Of a DNA stretch of 64,000 nt, positions 57,653-64,000 are shown in pieces. The stretch lies in assembly GCF_009914755.1 (NCBI RefSeq), contig NC_060941.1. One strand, written 5' to 3'. This stretch comes from the human T2T-CHM13v2.0 reference genome, Homo sapiens. The first letter of the stretch is position 1, and each line of letters starts with the position of its first letter. A program made the translations under genes and the position numbers. The notes under the pieces were generated by a model. The model was not told where the DNA came from. It worked only from the letters and a program-made list of their open reading frames with translations, and made no database searches.

Positions 57653-59061
57653 GTGAGTCTGCATACTTGGAGAATTTCCTTCTATCGATCAAAAAATATT
57701 CCAGCACAGAGCAGGACATTCTCCTGAATAAGCCTTATCACTTAAAGCATTTCCTCCTCAAAGGCAATCCATTTAGGTGAAGTGCAGAGACAACTGAGTT
57801 GAAATTCATCAAGAGGGGAATGTTGGCCCCCAAAGCATTATGGGCCATTAAGTCTGTAATGTGGCAGAGGCCTCTGGATAGCCAGAGTTCCTTCCTTCCT
57901 GGTGAATTGCAAGGGCTGCTGTGCCGGCACCTTCCTGTTATAGTCTCTGTCATACCCACAAGCACTCAGACATTCTCCTGGTGTTTCCCTCTTCCTTGGG
58001 CACCTGTGTCCATAACGGAGGATGGTGATAGCTGGGAGACTCCCGCTTGGATGTCAGTGGAGGCCATGGGGCCCCTTCCACCACAGGTCTCAGGATTAAG
58101 GAGCTGCAGTTTTCATCGCAACGAGTGCCCCTTTCCCTGCTTATAGCTTGGAGGACGCTAGTCCTGGGCTCTGGGAGGGATATAGATAGATACCTGTGTC
58201 CCTCTGCCCTCTCCCTTCTGCTAGGACCCCGGCCTGCTCAGTTTGCCAAGGGTGGCTTGTTTTCCGTCTGGAGTGTCAAGCCTGCATTGAGAGGGAAGGC
58301 GTGGGGCTGGACCTTCCAGCATTGTGTATGTAGGAGTGGGGGTGGTGGGCAGGGTGAGTAGGACCTTTGTCTGACTAGGACCAATAGTTTTGAAATGACT
58401 TGAAAAAAATTTGATCTTGGGGAATTTCCAGCATGAGTAAAACCTAGAGACTTCTCAGAGTTTTGAGAAAGCCACCCCCTGTCAAGCCAGTCACCGCTTC
58501 TGTCTCTACAGCCTCCCTCCCCATGGCCCCACTGAGACTGCCTCCTGTCCAGGCCCTAGTCACCCACCCACTAAGGCTTTGCCCCGCCCTCCCAGCTGGC
58601 TGGGTCTCCTCCCCAACAGCCCGGGGCTTCTTCTGCCTCCCCATGAGCACTGCCTTCACATGGGGGTGCCTCCATCAGAATCTCCAGGGTGTTCTCATAC
58701 CTGGCCTTCCAGACCCTTCCCTGTCCAGTCCAATCACAACCTCAGCTTCATCCATTCAGCAGTGTGAACCCACTGCTCCAGCCCCCTGCCCTGCCCCTGG
58801 CCCTGGACAGCACATCTGCTGTGCCCAGTCCAGAGCACTCCCCCTCTCTAAATAGTTGAGACCTACCCTCCAACACCAGTTCTGTGCATTCATTCTCTAT
58901 ATTATCCAACCAGCATCGCCCTCTTCTTTGTCATTTGTTCGACACTTTCTGGATCCTTAGACTGGAACACTTCAGACTGAAGAGTTTACCTGAATTTTGT
59001 CACCCCTAAAGTGTCTCCACCTTGTCTACTTTCACATGTAGTTTGGTTCAGTTTAATGAAC

Positions 59062-59094
<33 letters not shown>

Positions 59095-59109
59095 TGTGTG
59101 TGTGTGTGT
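59062..59109. repeat. (GT)n microsatellite with one interruption
   Basis: Read directly. Confidence 0.95.
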
Positions 59110-59230
59110 TTTCAAGAATATTTTCTGGACTCACAGTGGTTCTGTCTCCTTGGTTGATATTTTGGGAGATGAGGTGGGGAGTTGAGGAAGGAAGGAAGGA
59201 AAGAAGTGACCTGGAGGTAGAAAAAGAGTT

Positions 59231-59530
<300 letters not shown>

Positions 59531-60241
59531 GCAGAGGTGTCTTAGAAGCAGAAGTGGATAGGCCACCTTTCTGGAAGGGTCTGGACAGATCTCAAGTAGG
59601 GGGTCAGATTGGGGAGAACATGGTTAGATCCATTTCTCTGAGGATGGCTGCAAGCAAGAAGACTGCTGCCTCGTTACGGGGTGTGGGTGTGGGCCAGCCT
59701 CTTCAGCTGGAAGGAGGAGATGGGGAGAGGCAGGGCATCCTCCCACGCTGCTGCCCCTTGGGACACTCTTTGGAAGCCTGAGAGTTCCTGGTAGGCCACT
59801 CTGTTCCTGTCCCTTCCTCTTTTCTCTGAGATTGGTCCAGTAGGCAGCCTGCAGAGCCTCTGGCTTCAGCTTGGCCAGAAGACGTCTGACCTTACCAAAA
59901 AGTCCTTGGTTCTGAGTTGAAAACGGTCCGTCTCCATCGTCAGATATGACAGAGCCCCATGAGCGGTGCCCACCTGGCATGAGATACTGTCGTGAAAGCC
60001 TGCACTAGCCTCCCTGTTAAGTGGTGCGGCTTCCTTGCTTCCTGCTGACAGCACTCATCTTATACCTGCCCTGGGAAATGCCCTCGTGTTGGGCCACATG
60101 AATGATTCTCAAAGGCAGAAAAACAATTTTTTTTGATGGAACCATCAAGAATAGTTTAAGCATGTGATATTATTATCCTTTTCATTACTGTTGTATTTCT
60201 ATTTAACATGATTAGATGACTAGTTCTGAAAACCTAAATTA

Positions 60242-60382
<141 letters not shown>

Positions 60383-62390
60383 CACACAGAGGAGGCATTT
60401 TGTTGAGATGAGAGTCAGCTCACATCACATTGCAGACACCTCTCTCAAAGGCAAAGGTCTTCCTGGGCCCCTTTCCCTAACCAGGGAAAATGAGGTAGAT
60501 CCCTGCCTGGGTTTTTTCAGAAGCTGCTTTGTGTTTTTGTGTTTGTTTTTTCGCCATGAAATAAGTTGCCCTTGGTGTCAAACTGTTGATCTTAGGGGTT
60601 GTGGAGTGGAGTGGAGGATGAGGAAGGGGAGAAAGGAGCCCGTTGTATGCCAGGCATTATGCTAATAGTTCTATGTCCTTAATTCAGGCCTTACCCAAAG
60701 CCCATGGGAGGGTGGGTGCTGGCCTTCCCTTTTCAGAGGCCACTAGTCTCTGTTGCTGGTAATGTTCTGTGCTCTTAGCCTGAGTGGCCATGCTCTCCTG
60801 AATTCCACCCTTCTCTCCACCCACCTTGGTGGGATTGGAACAGCCCAGAAACCCAAACTCTACTTGGCAGCACATCAGGTTTTTATAGGCCCGAGAATGC
60901 TGAAGAACATGAAGCTTTATTGCGATGCTTTTAGAGAACGTTAGCTCAGCTCTGAGCCCCGTAGAAGGGTTTCCAAAGTCTATTAGGCGGCAAATGCTTT
61001 CATGGCTTTGGAATCATAAGGTTGATTTGAAAAATTGGCACCTAATGGCTTACAACTGTAATAAATTTCCTGAAATTGGACCTCAGAGGGAGACTCGGTT
61101 GCACACTCCCCCTGAGGAGTGTGGGCAGCCCTCTCCCCAGCTCGGTGCACACCAGGCTCTGTGAAGGGTGTTGCTCACCGCAGCCTTCAGGAACCAGAGT
61201 CCCCCGTAATTAGGGGAGAGGCCCTGTCACTCTTCATTTCTCAATTTGGACCCAACGTTTAGTGGCAATGACTGTGGGGAGGCTTCTGACTGGAATTTCT
61301 CCCCACTGGCCTTTAAAAGGCCAGGGCCTGAGAATTCCTGAAAAATTAATGGGGTCTCTGTGGGTTCTTTACACTTGCTGGTAACCTGGCCTCTCCCAGG
61401 CCCGCTGTGGCTCCCTGGCATAATAGCTGCTCAGCAGCCGGTCTTTTGTATGCAAATATGACCTAAAGCTGTATGGGAGGCGGCAGTCCATTGTTGCCCA
61501 AGACTGTGCGATTTCAAACAGACACGGGCTTTTAAAATATTCCAGACAGATATTGAAAATGTCAGCAGCAGGTTTTTCCCACTTACTTCTTGCCCAGCTC
61601 TTTTTTCCTCTCTCCCTCCCCCTGCCACCCACCCCACCATAAAATATAATCAAAAAGCTGGTAAATAACTTAAAGAATTGCCTCAAAGGATTTGCAGACT
61701 AGAAAGAGACTCCCTTCTCTGGTTTAAGTTGGGAGAAACTGTTTTCATTTTTTTTCCCCCAAGATATTTAAAATATTCAGGAGTGTCCCACAGGGTCTTG
61801 AACTTATAAGTGTCTGCATTTTTCTCACTATACTCTCATCCCCTCTTTTCTTTATTGATTTTTTTTAAGGTTGCTGTCGGCAACATTTAGGTCCAACTTT
61901 CAAATGAAAATCATATTTCAGTTACTGGTCTTAAGTCAGACCAACTTAAGGTCTGTTTCATTCATCTCAGTTCTGTGCCCCCTGCTCTTTAGTTTAATGA
62001 GAGAGTGGAGGGAATCTTGGCTGCTGTGATTTTTCATCCTATTAGCTCTTTCCAAAGGGATCCTTATCTTGTGAGCAGAAGGGAGTGATGTCTTATATGT
62101 GGAGTCACTGTGTATCTTTTTAGAGAAACTTAATCATCCCTCCCTACTCACCTTGAGAAGGTCTCTGGGTAGCCAGAAGCTTAGACTAAGATGAGGGTGC
62201 ACAGATTGGGAAAAAATAAACAAACCTCTTATTGACCAAGCCTCTGTCCCTGAAGACAGGCATTGCTCCTCCTGGGAGAACTGTCAGGTGGGTATGCATT
62301 TCTGGATCTCCCAGCAGTCCTGAGGCCAGGAGTCTGGCTGGCCATGTAGAGATGATTGTACCTGGGATATGGTGCATTCTTGAAAAGCAT

Positions 62391-62676
62391 TGGATGGATG
62401 GAAAAAAGGAAGAAGTGTGAATGGATGAATAAAGGGAAGAGAAAAGAGGAAGGACAGATGCACGGATAGAAAGATGTAGGCTGGATGTGTAGATAGACGA
62501 ATGAAAGGAATGGCAGATGGACGGATAGATGATAGATGGATGCATGGATAGACAGAAGGGCAGATGAAGGATGGATGGGCAGATGGATCGATGAAAGGAA
62601 GGAAGAACTGATGAAAGATGGCTAGATGGGTGGATGGATGGACAGATGGATAGATGGAAGGAAGGAAAGAGGGATG
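62391..62676. repeat. Degenerate (GGAT)n/(GGAA)n simple repeat
   Basis: TGGATGGATG and GGAAGGAA units over ~290 bp. Confidence 0.9.
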
Positions 62677-63111
62677 GTGAGCACCTGGTTTCCCCTTTAG
62701 TATTCATTCCCTCCTGCTGTATCCAACCAGAGGGCATTCCCTGGGCCTGCCCCTAGAAGGTGGAGAGGGTGATCCAGGACCTCTAGGACACTGGTCCTAG
62801 GGAATCCCGACAGTCTTCCGTGAACATTTACGGATGTCTGTACTGACTGACCCTCCAGGAAGGCCATTCTCATAGCACCCTTTCTCTTTAAAAGCATAGG
62901 GTTGCACGTATATGGCCCACCCCCCACCCCTTCTGTCATTCCCCCTCTCCTCTGTGAGGGACCTGCACACTGACAGTCTCTGGCCCATTTTTAGGTATCT
63001 GGCAGTCCCCTGCCAGAGCCAGATGTGTCCTCTCTGGGTCCAGCCAACAAAGGTCACCTCCTTGGCTGTGTGGTCTGTCAACTAAAGTCGTTGCCTCAAA
63101 CCCAGCAATGT

Positions 63112-63640
63112 CAAGTGTAGTGGATAAGAGCTCAGGCTCTAGAGGCAGATGGGGCTGCGTTTGAATCTCTGGTGCCACCATTTACTGTCTGTTACGTAAC
63201 CTCTTAGAGCCTTAGTTCCCGCATCTGTAAAATGGAGGAAAGAGTCTCTACTTAAGGGTATTGTGAGAATTCAACGAGACAATGCACACAGAGTCCTTAG
63301 AAACAAGCAGTGGCGGCCCAGTACGATGGCTCACACCTGTAATCCCAGCACTTTGGGAGGCCGAGACGGGCAGATCACGAGGTCAGGAGATCAAGTGGCT
63401 AACACGGTGAAACCCCGTCTCTACTAAAAATACAAAAAAAATTAGCCGGGTGTGGTGGCGGGCGCCTGTAGTCCCAGCTGCTCAGGAGGCTGAGGCCGGA
63501 GAATGGCGTGAAACTGGGAGGCGGAGCTTGCAGTGAGCCAAGATTGCGCCACTGCACTCCAGCCTGGGCAACAGAGCGAGACTCTATCTCAAAAAAAAAA
63601 AAAAAAAACAAGCAGTGGCTGGCACATTGTACTCAAACGC
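63112..63640 (+). mobile_element. MIR interrupted by an AluY
   Basis: GTGTAGTGGATAAGAGC...GCATCTGTAAAATGG...; resumes CTGGCACATTG after the Alu. Confidence 0.85.
63315..63605 (+). mobile_element. AluY with a small left-arm deletion
   Basis: GAGAATGGCGTGAA, GCGGAGCTTGCAG, GGCTAACACGG; TSD AAACAAGCAGTGGC at 63301-63314 and 63606-63619. Confidence 0.95.
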
Positions 63641-64000
63641 AATACATGTAGCATTTATTGTTGTTACTACTGAAAGTTGTGGGACTGACATCTCTTGAAG
63701 AAGAGATAGCAAGAATCCTGGCTTCTGAGAGGATCCTCAGGCACACAGCACACTGCTTGCTGAGGTCTTGAGCTGTCATCAGTGCCGGGGGATGCAGTCG
63801 GTGTGGTAGAGTGGCTGCCCAGAACGCGGGTCTCTTGGGCCTCATCCGGGCATCCTGTGAGCTCTGTTGTAAAGAGCAGCTGAGGATGGCGAGCGCTGGG
63901 GAGATGCTGTAGGGGGCCCGAGAGGAGTCATTAGCTGACCTCTCTCTCCTTGAGACAGAATCTTTTCCCTTCTGCTTTTGTTCTTATAACTGACCCTCTG

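Overview
Primate (almost certainly human) non-coding DNA, with no credible protein-coding exon chain, RNA gene or CRISPR array. The ORF track is explained by Alu, simple-repeat or chance frames. The window holds about 30 Alu elements or monomers (J, S and Y, many with readable target-site duplications), many MIR and L2 relics, two old L1 3' fragments, two MLT1 solo LTRs, several DNA-transposon MITEs (3x MER58A, MER81, MER5-like, a complete piggyBac MER85 with TTAA duplications) and microsatellites. Repeat-free islands carry transcription-factor motif clusters and a few well-formed + strand splice-site pairs. CpG retention in the first ~2.4 kb and mostly antisense L1/L2 suggest the first intron of a + strand gene or lncRNA; I could not identify the locus. 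I see no evidence for a wholly new multi-gene system. The most notable items are the MER85 with its PGBD3-binding palindrome, a 20-nt retroposed RNA stub with TPRT hallmarks, three consecutive hairpins at the window start, an orphan ERVK LTR fragment, a micro-inversion in an old L1, and an Alu whose A-tail is replaced by a G-tract. Repeat family calls come from recalled consensus sequences, not from a RepeatMasker run, and boundaries of old repeats are approximate.
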